Of a stretch of DNA of 64,000 nucleotides, positions 1 through 11,382 are shown piece after piece. Positions within the stretch are counted from its first letter, which is position 1. Every line of letters begins with the position of its first letter. Both the position numbers and the translations under genes were made by a program. The DNA is from Clostridia bacterium. Lineage in GTDB: Bacteria; Bacillota; Clostridia; TANB77; CAG-508. The DNA is taken from NCBI GenBank assembly GCA_045643205.1, contig JAZUKI010000010.1, positions 96,001 through 160,000 of the forward strand. The letters run 5' to 3'. Below the pieces are notes generated by a model. The model saw only the letters and a list, made by a program, of their open reading frames with translations. It was not told the origin of the DNA and ran no database searches.

Positions 1-77
1 CACCAGTTAAAAATGCTGAAGGAAAAGATAGTCCAGCAACAGCTGTAGAACTATATAATAATTATTGGAAATTATAA
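1..77 (+). CDS. 3' end of a UDPGP type-1 (eukaryote-type UAP) UDP-N-acetylglucosamine pyrophosphorylase, partial
   Basis: Frame from nt 3 reads PVKNAEGKDSPATAVELYNNYWKL* (TAA 75-77), matching the conserved C-terminal 'FxPVKNAxGxDSPxTA' motif of this family; next gene is a GlmU-like acetyltransferase. Confidence 0.7.
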   Translation, partial: PVKNAEGKDSPATAVELYNNYWKL

Positions 78-139
78 TAAAAAAATAAGAGAAAGTTGTA
101 ATAGAAAAAACTATAATAAAAATATAATAGGAGAAAACT

Positions 140-835
140 ATGGAAGAAGCTAAAATTGTTAATTTATATGATTTAAATGAAACTATAGCTAGCGATTTAA
201 TAAGCAAATATGAATATCCATGGGAAGTTTTACCACATATTGCAGAATATATTTTAGAAATTGGACCAAATCTTCCTACAGATGAATATAAAGAAATATC
301 TGAAAATGTATGGGTACATAAGACAGCAAGTATTGATAAGAGTGCAACAATTGTTGGACCAACAATTATTGGATCAGATACTGAAGTAAGACCAGGAGCA
401 TATATTAGAGGAAAAGTTATTATAGGAAATGAATGTGTTATTGGAAATTCATGCGAATTTAAAAATTGTATATTATTCAATGTAGTTAAAGTTCCTCATT
501 ATAGCTATGTAGGAGATTCTATAATTGGTTTCCATTCACATATGGGAGCAGGAGCAATTGCATCAAATCTTAAAGCTGATAACCAAGCAGTTACTATAAA
601 AAAATATAATGATGATGGAGTTGTAGTTGATAGTATTGAAACAGGAATGAGAAAAATTGGTGCAATGCTAGGTGATAGCGTTGAAATTGGATGTCAATGC
701 GTGCTTAATCCTGGAACTGTTGTTGGTAGATATTCAAATGTTTACCCACTTTCAATGGTTAGAGGAGTTATTCCTCCAAAACATATTTATAAAGCAAAAG
801 ATAATATTGTGCCAAAAGATAGTAATAATATGTAA
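140..835 (+). CDS. Stand-alone left-handed beta-helix acetyltransferase resembling the GlmU C-terminal domain (glucosamine-1-P N-acetyltransferase-like)
   Basis: Hexapeptide repeats; VRPGAYIRG, GNSCEFKN, VPHYSYVGDS, KIGAMLGD motifs; no uridylyltransferase domain. Confidence 0.8.
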   Translation: MEEAKIVNLYDLNETIASDLISKYEYPWEVLPHIAEYILEIGPNLPTDEYKEISENVWVHKTASIDKSATIVGPTIIGSDTEVRPGAYIRGKVIIGNECVIGNSCEFKNCILFNVVKVPHYSYVGDSIIGFHSHMGAGAIASNLKADNQAVTIKKYNDDGVVVDSIETGMRKIGAMLGDSVEIGCQCVLNPGTVVGRYSNVYPLSMVRGVIPPKHIYKAKDNIVPKDSNNM

Positions 836-919
836 TTGATTGAGTACAAAAAACAGTAATAAAATGTAATTAATGGAAAATTGCGATAATTAAAAAACAA
901 AAGAAAATACTGAAAATAC

Positions 920-949
920 TTGACTTATCGCCGTTTTTTAGAGTATAAT
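920..949 (+). promoter_or_regulatory. Sigma-A promoter of the rimP-nusA-infB operon
   Basis: TTGACT-N18-TATAAT. Confidence 0.65.
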
Positions 950-973
950 AAATATGTACATAAAAAAGAGAGC

Positions 974-997
974 AAGAGAGGAAGAAATTCCTCTCTT
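974..997 (+). promoter_or_regulatory. rimP leader hairpin (probable NusA-dependent attenuator)
   Basis: Perfect 10-bp stem AAGAGAGGAA-GAAA-TTCCTCTCTT between promoter and rimP, weak U tract. Confidence 0.6.
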
Positions 998-1082
998 AAT
1001 TGTTGCTTAAAATTCAGTGCAAAACCAATCATACAAAATTGATAAATGTTAAAAATTGGTAAAAATACTAGGAGTTTTATTT

Positions 1083-1559
1083 ATGAAAGGAGTTAAATTG
1101 ACTAATTTAGAAACAGAAATCAAAGAAGTTCTTGAACCAGTCATTAATGATTTAGGATTTAAGGTTTATGACATTATTTATGAAAAAGAAGCTCAAGACT
1201 ATTATTTAAGAGTTTTTATTGATAAGGATGAAGTTATTAGTAGTGATGATTGTGCTTTAGTAAGTCAAACAATTGACCCTATTCTTGATGAAAAAGACTT
1301 TATAAAAGGTTCATATTTACTAGAAGTATCTTCACCAGGAATAGAAAGAAGAATTAGAGATGATAGTCAACTTGAGAAAGCAATTAATTCTAAAATTGAA
1401 GTACATACTTATAAGAAAGTAAATGAAGAGAAAGTTTTAATAGGAAATTTAGTAAGCTTTTCAGAAAGCAACATTATAATAGACATAAACAATGAAAATA
1501 TAGAAATTGACAAAAACAATATCTCAACTATGAAAACAGTTTATGAGTGGGAGGATTAA
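1083..1559 (+). CDS. rimP: Ribosome maturation factor RimP
   Basis: LRVFIDK, YLLEVSSPG motifs; upstream of nusA; start ATG 1083 (alternative TTG 1098). Confidence 0.95.
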   Translation: MKGVKLTNLETEIKEVLEPVINDLGFKVYDIIYEKEAQDYYLRVFIDKDEVISSDDCALVSQTIDPILDEKDFIKGSYLLEVSSPGIERRIRDDSQLEKAINSKIEVHTYKKVNEEKVLIGNLVSFSESNIIIDINNENIEIDKNNISTMKTVYEWED

Positions 1560-1564
1560 TAAAA

Positions 1565-2842
1565 ATGAAAAAGAGAGTAAAAAAGGCAGAATACAAAGGA
1601 ATCGATACAACTGAAATGCTAGCAGCATTAGATGAATTAGAAAGTTCAGAAGGATTAGATAAAAAAATGCTTCTTGAATCTATTCAAAATGCATTAGTTT
1701 CAGCATACAAAAAAGACTTTGGAAGTGATGAAACAAATGTTGTAGTTGAATTTGATAAAAAAGATGGAAGCATGCATATTTATCAAGAAAAGACTGTTGT
1801 AAGAACACCAGAAGATGAATCAAAGGAAATTTCATTAAAAGAAGCACATGTTTTAAATAAAGATTATAAAGCAGGAGATGTAATCAAAATCGAATTATTT
1901 CCAAAGAATTTCGGAAGAATTGCTGCTCAAACTGCAGGACAAGTTATTAAACAAAAGATTAGAGAAGCTTCTAGAGAATTAGTATTTAATGAGTTCTCAG
2001 CTAGAGAAGGAGAAATAGTAACAGGATTAATTCAAAAAGTTACACCATCATCAGTTATTATGGATTTAGGAAAAGTTGAAGGAATTATGCCTAAGATTCA
2101 AGAAGTTTCAACTGAAGAATACCACGTTAATGACAAAATTAAAGCGGTTATTGTTAAAGTTGAAAAAGGAATTAAGGGAAGTACAAAAATTGTTTTATCA
2201 AGAACAAGTCCTGAATTTGTAAAGAAACTATTTGAAATTGAAATTCCTGAAATTTATGAAGGTGTTATTGAAATAAAGAGCATTTCAAGAGATCCAGGAT
2301 TAAGAAGTAAAATTGCAGTTTATTCACCAAATCCTAACATTGACCCAGTTGGATCATGCGTTGGACAAAAAGGAATAAGAATTCAAAATATTATCAATGA
2401 ATTAAATGGTGAAAAAATTGATGTTATTGAATGGAATGAACAACCAGAAACATTTATTTCAGCAGCATTATTACCAGCACAAGTATTAGCTGTAGATTGT
2501 AATGATGAAGAAAACTTTGCACAAGTTATTGTTCCAGATGATCAATTATCATTAGCAATTGGAAAAGCTGGACAAAATGCAAGATTAGCTCATAAATTAA
2601 CAAATTGGAAAATAGATATAAAATCTGAATCACAATTTAGAGAAATGTTACAAAATAACCAAAACGGAGAAGCAACAGAAGAAACTATGGATGATGAAAT
2701 AGTTGAAGAAAAAGTTGAATCTACAGAAGTTGTTGAAGAAACAGCTGAAGTTGTAGAAGCAGCTGAAGAAGTTGTAGAAGAAGTAAAAGAAAAGAAAACA
2801 AGAACAAGAAAAACAAAGAAATCAGAAGAAGGGGAAGAATAA
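1565..2842 (+). CDS. nusA: Transcription termination factor NusA
   Basis: FGRIAAQTA, S1 and KH domains, LSLAIGKAGQNARLA; acidic tail; ATG 1565 after GGAGG. Confidence 0.98.
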   Translation: MKKRVKKAEYKGIDTTEMLAALDELESSEGLDKKMLLESIQNALVSAYKKDFGSDETNVVVEFDKKDGSMHIYQEKTVVRTPEDESKEISLKEAHVLNKDYKAGDVIKIELFPKNFGRIAAQTAGQVIKQKIREASRELVFNEFSAREGEIVTGLIQKVTPSSVIMDLGKVEGIMPKIQEVSTEEYHVNDKIKAVIVKVEKGIKGSTKIVLSRTSPEFVKKLFEIEIPEIYEGVIEIKSISRDPGLRSKIAVYSPNPNIDPVGSCVGQKGIRIQNIINELNGEKIDVIEWNEQPETFISAALLPAQVLAVDCNDEENFAQVIVPDDQLSLAIGKAGQNARLAHKLTNWKIDIKSESQFREMLQNNQNGEATEETMDDEIVEEKVESTEVVEETAEVVEAAEEVVEEVKEKKTRTRKTKKSEEGEE

Positions 2843-2867
2843 GGTTTAAACTTAGGAGGTATTAATA

Positions 2868-5800
2868 TTGGGGAAAATTAAAATATTTGAACTAGCAAAA
2901 GAATTAGATGTAAATAACAAAGACCTTGTATCAATAGCACAAGACCTAGGTTTAGATGTTAAGAGTCACTTAAGTTCAATAGACGAAGAAGACGCTAAAA
3001 AAATTAAAGCTAGTATGAAAAAATCTGATAAAAAAGATGTATCTAAAAGTGAAAATGTTTCAAAAAACAAAGAAGATAACAGCGAAAAATCAAATAAAAA
3101 GACAACAGGCAATGTCATTATTAGAAGAGAAGTAATAGTTGAAGAAGAACAAAAACCAGTTAAGAAAACTACTACTGTAAACAGAAATGATATTGGTTTT
3201 ACTAAACAACGTACAAATCAAAATTACAATATTGTTTATAGAGAAAAACAACAAAAACCTATGTCAGTTGCTGAATTATTTGGATTAAAAGATCCAAAGA
3301 AAGAAGCAGAAGAAAAGGCAAAGAAGAAAGCTGAAGAATTAAAGAAAGCCGAAAAACAAAAACAATTAGAAGAAGCAAAAGCTAGAGAAGAAAAAGCAGC
3401 TAGAGAAGCAGCAGAAGCAGAAAAAGTTGAAAAGGTTGAGAAGGTAGAAAAAACAGTTGTTATAAAAACAGAAACACCTGCAAAAGAATCTGCTCCAAGA
3501 CCAGCTGAAAAAAGAAATTCTAAATTATTAGGAAGAACTGAAAGAGCTGATAGAGCATTAAATAGTAATGCAAACTTCAATAGACCTAATGCTGGAAATA
3601 ATGATTTCAAAAATAGAGGCGAAGGATTCAACAAACAAGATAGGAACAATAGATTTGGAAACAATTCTAACTATAGACCTGGATTTACTAGAAATCAAGG
3701 ACAAGATGGAAACTTCAGAAATAATAGATTTGGAGGACAACAACAAGGCGAATTCAAACCAAGAAATACAAATCAAGGTGCTGATAATTTCAGAAAACCT
3801 GCACCTAGAAATAATGAAGTAAGTGCTCCAGAAACTTTTGAAGATCAAGCTGGAAGAAGAAATTATTCAGACAGAATGATTGATAAACAAAAAGCAAATA
3901 GAGTATTTGAAGAAAAGAAGAAAAATGTTAAGAAATCAAGAAGAATGGAAGGTGGAGATGAGTTTGACGAATACAAACTAAGAGACCTTAAATCTGCTGA
4001 TAAATTATCAAATATGTATGAATCAGAAGATGGTGGAATGCTTGATTATTATGATTTATCTTCAAGACATGGCAAAAGAAGAAAGATTAAGAAAGAAGAA
4101 ACAGTTTCTAAACAAAAAATATTTGAATTAAAAGAAATTGATATTGGTGAATCTATTTCTGTTAAAAATTTAGCAACAGAATTAAAGAAGACATCAGCTG
4201 AAGTTGTTAAAAAATTATTTGATTTAGGAATAATGGCTACAATAAACCAAGAACTAGATTACGATACAGCATATTTAGTATCAGATAGTTTTGGAATTAA
4301 AGCAAATAAGAAAGTTGAAGTAAAAGATGAAGACATCTTATTTGATGATAGTGAAGATAACGAAGAAGATTTAGTAGCAAGACCACCTGTAGTTGTAGTT
4401 ATGGGACACGTTGATCATGGTAAAACATCTTTACTTGATGCTATCAGAAAAACAAATGTTATCGAAGGTGAAGCCGGAGGTATTACACAACATATTGGTG
4501 CTTATAAAGTAAAAATTAATGATAGAGAAATTACATTCTTAGATACACCAGGACACGAAGCATTCACAAGTATGCGTGCTAGAGGTGCTCAAATTACTGA
4601 CGTTGCAATATTAGTTGTTGCTGCTGATGATGGTGTTATGCCTCAAACAGTTGAAGCTATCAACCATGCTAAAGCTGCTAATATTCCAATTATTGTTGCA
4701 GTTAATAAAATTGATTTACCAGGTGCTAATGTTGATAAAGTAAAACAAGAATTAATGAAATATGAATTAGTTCCTGAAGAATGGGGTGGATCAACAATTT
4801 ATGTTCCAATCTCTGCAAAGAAAAACATCAACATTGATAACTTATTGGAAATGGTATTACTTGTTTCTGATATGGCAAACTTAAGAGCAAATCCAAATAG
4901 ACAAGCAAAAGGTGTTGTTATTGAAGCTAGATTAGACAAAGCTCAAGGACCTATTGCATCAATCTTAATTCAAAGAGGAACACTTAATGTTGGAGATACA
5001 ATAATAGTTGGTGAAGCTATTGGTAAAATTAGAATAATGAAAAATGATAAAGGCAAGAATATTAAAGAAGCTGGACCTTCAACACCAGTTGAAATTACAG
5101 GTCTTAAAGATGTTCCTGCTGCTGGCGATATTTTATATGAAGTTAAAAATGAAAAAGTTGCTAAACACTTAATTGAACAAAGAAAACTTGAACATAGAGA
5201 GCAAAAAATTAGCAACGATAACATGGTTACAATTGATAACCTATTTGATAAGATGAAGAATGATGACTTGAAACAATTTAACATTATCGTTAAAACTGAT
5301 GTTCAAGGAACTGCAGAAGCATTTAAGTCATCACTTGAAAAATTATCAAATGAAGAAGTATTAGTAAAAGTATTACATTCAAGCGCTGGTGCTGTTACGG
5401 AATCAGATGTTGAACTTGCAAAAGCTGCAAATGCTATTATTATTGCATTCAATGTTAGACCTGTTGGAGCAACAAAACAATTAGCAGAAAAAGAAGGCGT
5501 TGAAATTAAACAATACTCAATTATTTATCAAGCATTAGAAGATGTACAAAATGCAATGAAAGGAATGCTTGCACCAGTTTATCAAGAAATTACAATTGGT
5601 AATGCTGAAGTTAGACAAGTATTCAAAGTTTCTAATGTTGGAACTATTGCAGGATGCTATGTAACAGATGGTAAAGTAGCAAGAAATGCAGGAGTTAGAG
5701 TAATTAGAGAAGGCGTTGTTATCCATGAAGGAAAACTAGTTTCTTTAAAGAGATTTAAAGATGACGCTAAAGAAGTTTCTGCAGGTTTTGAATGTGGTAT

Positions 5801-5876
5801 TCAAATTGAGAACTTCAATGATATTATACTTGGTGATACAATCGAAGCATATATCAAACAAGAAGTTCAAAGATAG
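2868..5876 (+). CDS. infB: Translation initiation factor IF-2
   Basis: [28 protein letters not shown]; TTG start after AGGAGG. Confidence 0.99.
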   Translation: MGKIKIFELAKELDVNNKDLVSIAQDLGLDVKSHLSSIDEEDAKKIKASMKKSDKKDVSKSENVSKNKEDNSEKSNKKTTGNVIIRREVIVEEEQKPVKKTTTVNRNDIGFTKQRTNQNYNIVYREKQQKPMSVAELFGLKDPKKEAEEKAKKKAEELKKAEKQKQLEEAKAREEKAAREAAEAEKVEKVEKVEKTVVIKTETPAKESAPRPAEKRNSKLLGRTERADRALNSNANFNRPNAGNNDFKNRGEGFNKQDRNNRFGNNSNYRPGFTRNQGQDGNFRNNRFGGQQQGEFKPRNTNQGADNFRKPAPRNNEVSAPETFEDQAGRRNYSDRMIDKQKANRVFEEKKKNVKKSRRMEGGDEFDEYKLRDLKSADKLSNMYESEDGGMLDYYDLSSRHGKRRKIKKEETVSKQKIFELKEIDIGESISVKNLATELKKTSAEVVKKLFDLGIMATINQELDYDTAYLVSDSFGIKANKKVEVKDEDILFDDSEDNEEDLVARPPVVVVMGHVDHGKTSLLDAIRKTNVIEGEAGGITQHIGAYKVKINDREITFLDTPGHEAFTSMRARGAQITDVAILVVAADDGVMPQTVEAINHAKAANIPIIVAVNKIDLPGANVDKVKQELMKYELVPEEWGGSTIYVPISAKKNINIDNLLEMVLLVSDMANLRANPNRQAKGVVIEARLDKAQGPIASILIQRGTLNVGDTIIVGEAIGKIRIMKNDKGKNIKEAGPSTPVEITGLKDVPAAGDILYEVKNEKVAKHLIEQRKLEHREQKISNDNMVTIDNLFDKMKNDDLKQFNIIVKTDVQGTAEAFKSSLEKLSNEEVLVKVLHSSAGAVTESDVELAKAANAIIIAFNVRPVGATKQLAEKEGVEIKQYSIIYQALEDVQNAMKGMLAPVYQEITIGNAEVRQVFKVSNVGTIAGCYVTDGKVARNAGVRVIREGVVIHEGKLVSLKRFKDDAKEVSAGFECGIQIENFNDIILGDTIEAYIKQEVQR

Positions 5877-5890
5877 AAAGGAAACATATT

Positions 5891-6352
5891 ATGGCTAGAA
5901 GACAACAGTCTAAGTCAAATAGAATGGGTAGAGTTAACGAACAAATTAAAAAAGTTGTTAGCCAAGCAATCAATTATGAATTAACAAATAAGAAAATTAC
6001 TGGAATGGTAACAGTTACAAGAGTTAATACTACACCAGATTTAAGATATTCTAAAATTTATATTAGTTTATTTAATTGTAAAAATAATGCTGAAACAGTG
6101 GAAGGCTTGAATGAAAGCGAGCCTTTCCTTAGAAGCAGAGTTGCAAGTGAAATTAATATGAGAATTACACCTGAACTTGTTTTTAAAATTGATGATTCAG
6201 CTGAACAAGGTGAAAAAATAGATAAGATTATTAGCCAAATAAAAAAAGATGATGAAGAATTTAAAAAGACACATCCTAATATGCTACAAGACGAAATTGA
6301 ATCTGATGAAGACTTTGACGAATATTCAGGAGAAGATGAATCAGAAGAATAA
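5891..6352 (+). CDS. rbfA: Ribosome-binding factor A
   Basis: RMGRVNEQIK, TPDLRYSKIY, RITPELVF; follows infB. Confidence 0.96.
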   Translation: MARRQQSKSNRMGRVNEQIKKVVSQAINYELTNKKITGMVTVTRVNTTPDLRYSKIYISLFNCKNNAETVEGLNESEPFLRSRVASEINMRITPELVFKIDDSAEQGEKIDKIISQIKKDDEEFKKTHPNMLQDEIESDEDFDEYSGEDESEE

Positions 6353-6403
6353 TTCTTTAACAAATTAAAACATAAGAAAATTTTTAATGATGGAGAATAA
6401 TAT

Positions 6404-7360
6404 ATGAGTACTTTAGATGATATTTATCAAGAAATAAATGTTGCTGACTCAATTGCGATTTTAACTCATGAGCATCCAGATGGTGATGCCATAGGAACAG
6501 CATTAGCATTATATAATGCATTAAAAATGCAAAATAAAAATGTAGAAGTAATAATTCCAGAATACTCTAGATGTTTTAGCAATGTTCCGGGAATTGAGGA
6601 TGTTCTAAAAGAAGGAAGCAAAGAAGAATATGCATTGACTATAACAGTTGATGTAGCATCTATAAATCAATTAGGTGACTGCGTTAAATACTATGAAAAT
6701 GCTAAAAAGACAATCTCAATAGATCATCATAATTCAAATACTATGTTAGGAGATATAAATTTTGTTGATCCATTTTCACCAGCTGCAGCACAAGTATTAT
6801 ATGGGATTTTTAAAGTGTATAATTGGGAAATAACAGAAGATATTGGAACAGATATAATGACAGGAATCATTACTGATACTGGTGGATTCCAATATCAACA
6901 AGTATCTAAAGAAACATTTATAATTGCAGCAGAGATGAAAGAATTAGGAGTAGATATTCCAAAAATATATAAAGAAACTCTTGCTACACATACAATATCA
7001 AGTTTTAAATTAAAAGTATTAGCAAATGATAGATTAGAATTTCTTGAAGATGGAAAAGTAACATTTACATATATAAACAAAGAAGATGAAGAATCAGTTA
7101 ATGCAGAATTAGGTGATCATGAAGGCATTGTTAATGAAGGAAGAAATCTTGAAGGAGTTGAAGTATCAATTTTCTTGCATGAAACAGATAAAGGATACAA
7201 AGCATCATTAAGATCAAACAACTATGTGGATGTTAGTGAAATTTGTACAAAGTTTAATGGTGGCGGACATATTAGAGCTGCTGGTGCGACTTTCATAGAA
7301 GGAACACCAAAACAAATTAAAGAAATGTTAATGAGCGAAGTTAAAAAATATTTAAAATAA
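6404..7360 (+). CDS. nrnA: DHH/DHHA1 oligoribonuclease / pAp phosphatase NrnA
   Basis: HEHPDGDA, IDHH, TDTGGF, GGGHIRAAG. Confidence 0.92.
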   Translation: MSTLDDIYQEINVADSIAILTHEHPDGDAIGTALALYNALKMQNKNVEVIIPEYSRCFSNVPGIEDVLKEGSKEEYALTITVDVASINQLGDCVKYYENAKKTISIDHHNSNTMLGDINFVDPFSPAAAQVLYGIFKVYNWEITEDIGTDIMTGIITDTGGFQYQQVSKETFIIAAEMKELGVDIPKIYKETLATHTISSFKLKVLANDRLEFLEDGKVTFTYINKEDEESVNAELGDHEGIVNEGRNLEGVEVSIFLHETDKGYKASLRSNNYVDVSEICTKFNGGGHIRAAGATFIEGTPKQIKEMLMSEVKKYLK

Positions 7361-7428
7361 GATATTAAAAACTAAATTAGAAATTTAAATATCAAAATAA
7401 AATTAATATTTAAAATAAAGGACTTTAA

Positions 7429-8328
7429 ATGGACGGAATTTTAGTTGTTAATAAACCACTAGGAAAAACATCTTTTGACATAGTGGCTCAAACAAGAAGA
7501 GAATTTCATACAAAAAAAGTTGGACATATAGGTACGCTTGATCCAATGGCATCAGGCGTACTTCCAATTTTAATAGGTAATTGCACAAAACTATCTGATT
7601 ATTTAATGAATCATGACAAGGATTATGTTGCAATTATTAAACTTGGAAAATCAACTAATACTGGAGATCAAGAGGGTGAGATTACAGAAGAGCAAGATGT
7701 GGACAACAATATCTTTAATAATGCAAAAATTGAAGAAACATTAAACACATTTTTAGGTGAATCAGAACAAATTCCACCAATGTATTCTGCTATAAAAATA
7801 AATGGAAAGAAACTATACGAATTAGCTAGAGCTGGTCAAACAGTAGAAAGAAAACCAAGAACTATATATATAACATCAATTGAATTGATAAAAATTAATG
7901 AAGATGAAAAAGAAATACAATTTAAAGTAACTTGCTCAAAAGGAACATATATAAGAACTTTATGCGAAGATATTGCTAAAAAGTTAGGTACCATAGGATA
8001 TATGAAAGAACTAACAAGAACAAGAGTTGGTGAATTTAAGATAGAAGATGAAGGAAAAATTATTTCTTTAGAAGAATTATTAGCTAGCAATCCTTCAAAA
8101 GAATTAAGTAAAAATGAATATATAAAATTATCAAATGGAATCATGCTTAACTTTGAAAATAATGAAAAAAGCATAAATTTAGAAAAGACAGAAACTACTG
8201 CAATAGCAAGTAATTTAGATTGTTTTGTGAAACTGTATTACAATCAAAAATTTGTTGGAATAGCAAAAAAAGAAGAAAATAAAATTCAAAGATTTATTTT
8301 AAATGAAAAAGAAGAAGGAGAGGAATAA
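7429..8328 (+). CDS. truB: tRNA pseudouridine(55) synthase
   Basis: KVGHIGTLDPMASG, PPMYSAIKINGKKLYELAR, CSKGTYIR. Confidence 0.97.
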   Translation: MDGILVVNKPLGKTSFDIVAQTRREFHTKKVGHIGTLDPMASGVLPILIGNCTKLSDYLMNHDKDYVAIIKLGKSTNTGDQEGEITEEQDVDNNIFNNAKIEETLNTFLGESEQIPPMYSAIKINGKKLYELARAGQTVERKPRTIYITSIELIKINEDEKEIQFKVTCSKGTYIRTLCEDIAKKLGTIGYMKELTRTRVGEFKIEDEGKIISLEELLASNPSKELSKNEYIKLSNGIMLNFENNEKSINLEKTETTAIASNLDCFVKLYYNQKFVGIAKKEENKIQRFILNEKEEGEE

Positions 8329-8356
8329 TGTTATTTTATAACATAAACCTCTCCTT
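8314..8356. terminator. Hairpin between convergent truB and 6S RNA
   Basis: AAGGAGAGG...CCTCTCCTT outer stem with inner ATGTTAT/ATAACAT, overlapping the truB stop. Confidence 0.5.
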
Positions 8357-8374
8357 AAAATTTGCATAAAAAAA

Positions 8375-8550
8375 CCCGCCGTAGCCGTACTATCAAGTTT
8401 TATAGAGCCTGTTCTCACAGGTGGGTTTCGTGTTGAATTATTCATGGGCTTCTAACATAAATGCTAGCATGCACGCCATAACCAAAGACAGAATCCCTTT
8501 AATCTACTTGTAGGTTCTAAAAATTGACATTCACGCACAGGGCAGGAAGG
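8375..8550 (-). ncRNA. ssrS: 6S RNA
   Basis: GC-richer non-coding ~175 nt; minus strand CCTGCCCTGTGCGT...ACGGCTACGGCGGG ends pair into a rod; internal GGGATT, GGCGTG and CCCACCTG..CAGG motifs typical of Firmicutes 6S; TTGCAA/TATAAT-like promoter at 8589-8619; ends approximate. Confidence 0.8.
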
Positions 8551-8742
8551 GTATATTTGCAAAGCAAATATCTATTAATTTAATACTAATTATATATCAT
8601 TAAATTAATAAATTTGCAACATTGAATTAGTAGTTATTATATGATAAAATCATTAGAGATATGTGCTTTTATGAGCTTTTTAATCAGTTTTTTACAAAAG
8701 AAATTCACATATATTATTTGAAATAATATTTAGGAGAGAAGA

Positions 8743-9618
8743 ATGACTAAACAGAAAACTGTTTATGTAAATAGTAGAAATAATTTTGTTTCTAAGTGGA
8801 AATATTTATTAACTATTCTTTTATTAGTTATTTTAATTTTAATGATATTTTTTAGAGTTAGAGTTAAAGTTACAAATGATGAGTTTGCAAAACAATTAGA
8901 ACAATTTGCTAGTTTCAATAAATCCACTGTTTTTAGCATTGACGGAATTTATATGTTTAGTAGTGCTGGAGCAACTACTAATATTGATCCAAAACCTGAA
9001 TGGAATCTTAACATATTTCAATTCACAGATATTGCTTTATATATAAATAATAGATCTTCAGAAAATTTAAATAAAGAAAATGCAATTAAATCTTTAAAGA
9101 TATCTAATATAAATTTCAATGGAATGAAAGTTGGAAACCAAAGCCTATATTATAAAAATGTTAATAACTTTGGAAAGAGTAAATTATCAAGTGTTAAAGC
9201 TAATGAAAATTATGAAGATATAGAAAAAGATAAAATAGATAATGAATTAACATACAAAATATTAGGAAATGAAGAAATAGACTATGATCAACCAACAATG
9301 TTTGAAGATGCTTCAATTCCAATTTGCTTAGAATATGTTAATAACAATGTAAAAGACAACGAAATATTTTCAAATATAAATGATAAAATTAATTACAATG
9401 GTAGTTTACTTAGAAATGCAAACGTAAACTTAAATGATTTAGCAGGTTTTATAACATTCACAATAGAAATTGAAAATTATTTAAATCAAATTTATAGAAC
9501 AACAATAAATTTAGATATTCCATTACAAGATAGCATTACAGGAGAAACAATATATAATGGAAAATATATTAGTAGTTTATCTGGAGAAGGATTAATTAAA
9601 TTTTATAGAGTTAAATAA
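8743..9618 (+). CDS. Hypothetical protein with N-terminal membrane anchor
   Basis: One hydrophobic segment (aa ~22-38) then an Asn-rich domain; RBS AGGAG. Confidence 0.8.
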   Translation: MTKQKTVYVNSRNNFVSKWKYLLTILLLVILILMIFFRVRVKVTNDEFAKQLEQFASFNKSTVFSIDGIYMFSSAGATTNIDPKPEWNLNIFQFTDIALYINNRSSENLNKENAIKSLKISNINFNGMKVGNQSLYYKNVNNFGKSKLSSVKANENYEDIEKDKIDNELTYKILGNEEIDYDQPTMFEDASIPICLEYVNNNVKDNEIFSNINDKINYNGSLLRNANVNLNDLAGFITFTIEIENYLNQIYRTTINLDIPLQDSITGETIYNGKYISSLSGEGLIKFYRVK

Positions 9619-9630
9619 GGAGGCTTCATT

Positions 9631-10506
9631 TTGACAATTAAAGAGTTAGTAAATTCATATTCAAAAGATATTTCAACAAATGAAGTCTTTTTAATTTTAG
9701 AAAAGGTATTAGGAAAAACAAAAGAACAACTTATAATTAGTTTAAATGATGAACTAAATGAAGATGCTTCAGATATAATATTAAATTGCTTTGATGCTAT
9801 TAAAGATGGATATCCAGTACAATACATAACTGGAAAACAAGAATTTATGGGATTAGAGTTTAAAGTAAATGAAAATGTATTAATTCCACAACCAGATACT
9901 GAAGTAGTAGTTGAAAAAACAATAGAAGCAATTAATATTTATGATTTTGAGAATGATAACAATCAAGAATTACATGTATTTAATAGTTTAGTAGATAGTG
10001 ATAAGAAAAATATTAAAGTATTAGATTTATGTACAGGAAGTGGAGCTATAGCTATTTCAATAGCTAAAAAGTTTGAAAATAATATTAACTTTTATATAGA
10101 TATGACTGCAAGTGATGTTTCATTAGAAGCATTAGAAGTTGCTAGAGAAAATGCAATAAATAATAATGTAAACATAAAATTAATAGAATCAAATATGTTT
10201 GAAAACATAGATGAAACATATGATATTATTGTTTCTAATCCACCATACATAAGAACAGATGTTATAGAAACTCTTGATAAAAATGTTCAGTGTGAACCAC
10301 ATCTTGCTTTAGATGGTGGTAAAGATGGATTAGAGTTTTATCGAATTATAAAAGAAAATTTAGATAAGTTAAAAACAAATGGATATTTAATATTAGAAAT
10401 TGGTTATGACCAAGCTGAAGATATTAAGAAAATATTTAAGAATGCTAAAATTTATAAAGACTATGGAGGCAATGACAGAGTAGTAGTTGTTAAAAAGGAG
10501 GAGTAA
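9631..10506 (+). CDS. prmC: Release factor glutamine methyltransferase
   Basis: PVQYITG, VLIPQPDTE, LDLCTGSG, SNPPY. Confidence 0.96.
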   Translation: MTIKELVNSYSKDISTNEVFLILEKVLGKTKEQLIISLNDELNEDASDIILNCFDAIKDGYPVQYITGKQEFMGLEFKVNENVLIPQPDTEVVVEKTIEAINIYDFENDNNQELHVFNSLVDSDKKNIKVLDLCTGSGAIAISIAKKFENNINFYIDMTASDVSLEALEVARENAINNNVNIKLIESNMFENIDETYDIIVSNPPYIRTDVIETLDKNVQCEPHLALDGGKDGLEFYRIIKENLDKLKTNGYLILEIGYDQAEDIKKIFKNAKIYKDYGGNDRVVVVKKEE

Positions 10507-11330
10507 TGAATTCTTTTGCATCACAAGTTAAACAAGAACTTAGTGAAATTAATAATTTAAAAGATAAAAGTTTAGTAAGATCAGAATTACTTGGATATTT
10601 AATTACTTCTGAAAAAAACGAGTTTACAACAGCAAATCAATATAATATTAATCGTTATGGAAAACTTTTGAATAATGTAGGTGAAAATGATTATTCAATT
10701 GTAGTAAAAGGAAATAAGTTTACTATCAAACCAAAAAGAAAAATTGAAGTAAGTGAAGAAATAAAAACAGAAGAACAATTTCAAGCTTTAATGAGAGGTT
10801 CATTTTTAGCTAAAGGATCAATTACAAATCCTAAAAATTCTTATCACTTAGAAATAATTTTTTCTAATTTAAACAATGCTGAATTAGTACTTAATTTATT
10901 AAAAAATTATTCGTTTGAATTTAGTGTAGTCGAGAGAAATAGTAAATCAGTAATTTATCTTTCGAGTGGAGATGAAATATCAAAATTCTTAGCATTTATT
11001 GGTGCAAATAAATCAATGTTAAACTTTGAAGAAACAAGAGTTTTAAAAGAAGTTGGAAACAATGTTAATAGAATTGTAAATTTTGAAACAGCAAATCTAA
11101 ATAAAACCATTTCATCAGCAGTTAGACAAATTGAGGATATTAAATTAATAAAGGCAAGAAAAAAATTTGGAATGCTTTCAGAAGGAGAACAACAATTAGC
11201 AGAACTAAGATTAGCAAATCCTGAAGTTAATCTTACAACTCTTGGAGAGATGGCAACACCACAATTAACTAAGTCTGGTGTAGCACATAGAATGGCCAAT
11301 ATAACAAGATTAGCTAAAGAATTAAGATAA
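10506..11330 (+). CDS. whiA: DNA-binding protein WhiA
   Basis: GSITNPKNSYHLEI, NRIVNFETANLNKT, TKSGVAHRM. Confidence 0.93.
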   Translation: MNSFASQVKQELSEINNLKDKSLVRSELLGYLITSEKNEFTTANQYNINRYGKLLNNVGENDYSIVVKGNKFTIKPKRKIEVSEEIKTEEQFQALMRGSFLAKGSITNPKNSYHLEIIFSNLNNAELVLNLLKNYSFEFSVVERNSKSVIYLSSGDEISKFLAFIGANKSMLNFEETRVLKEVGNNVNRIVNFETANLNKTISSAVRQIEDIKLIKARKKFGMLSEGEQQLAELRLANPEVNLTTLGEMATPQLTKSGVAHRMANITRLAKELR

Positions 11331-11382
11331 AAAATAAATAAAACTTGCAAATAATAATTTTTTAAGAAAAAGAGAAAATAAA

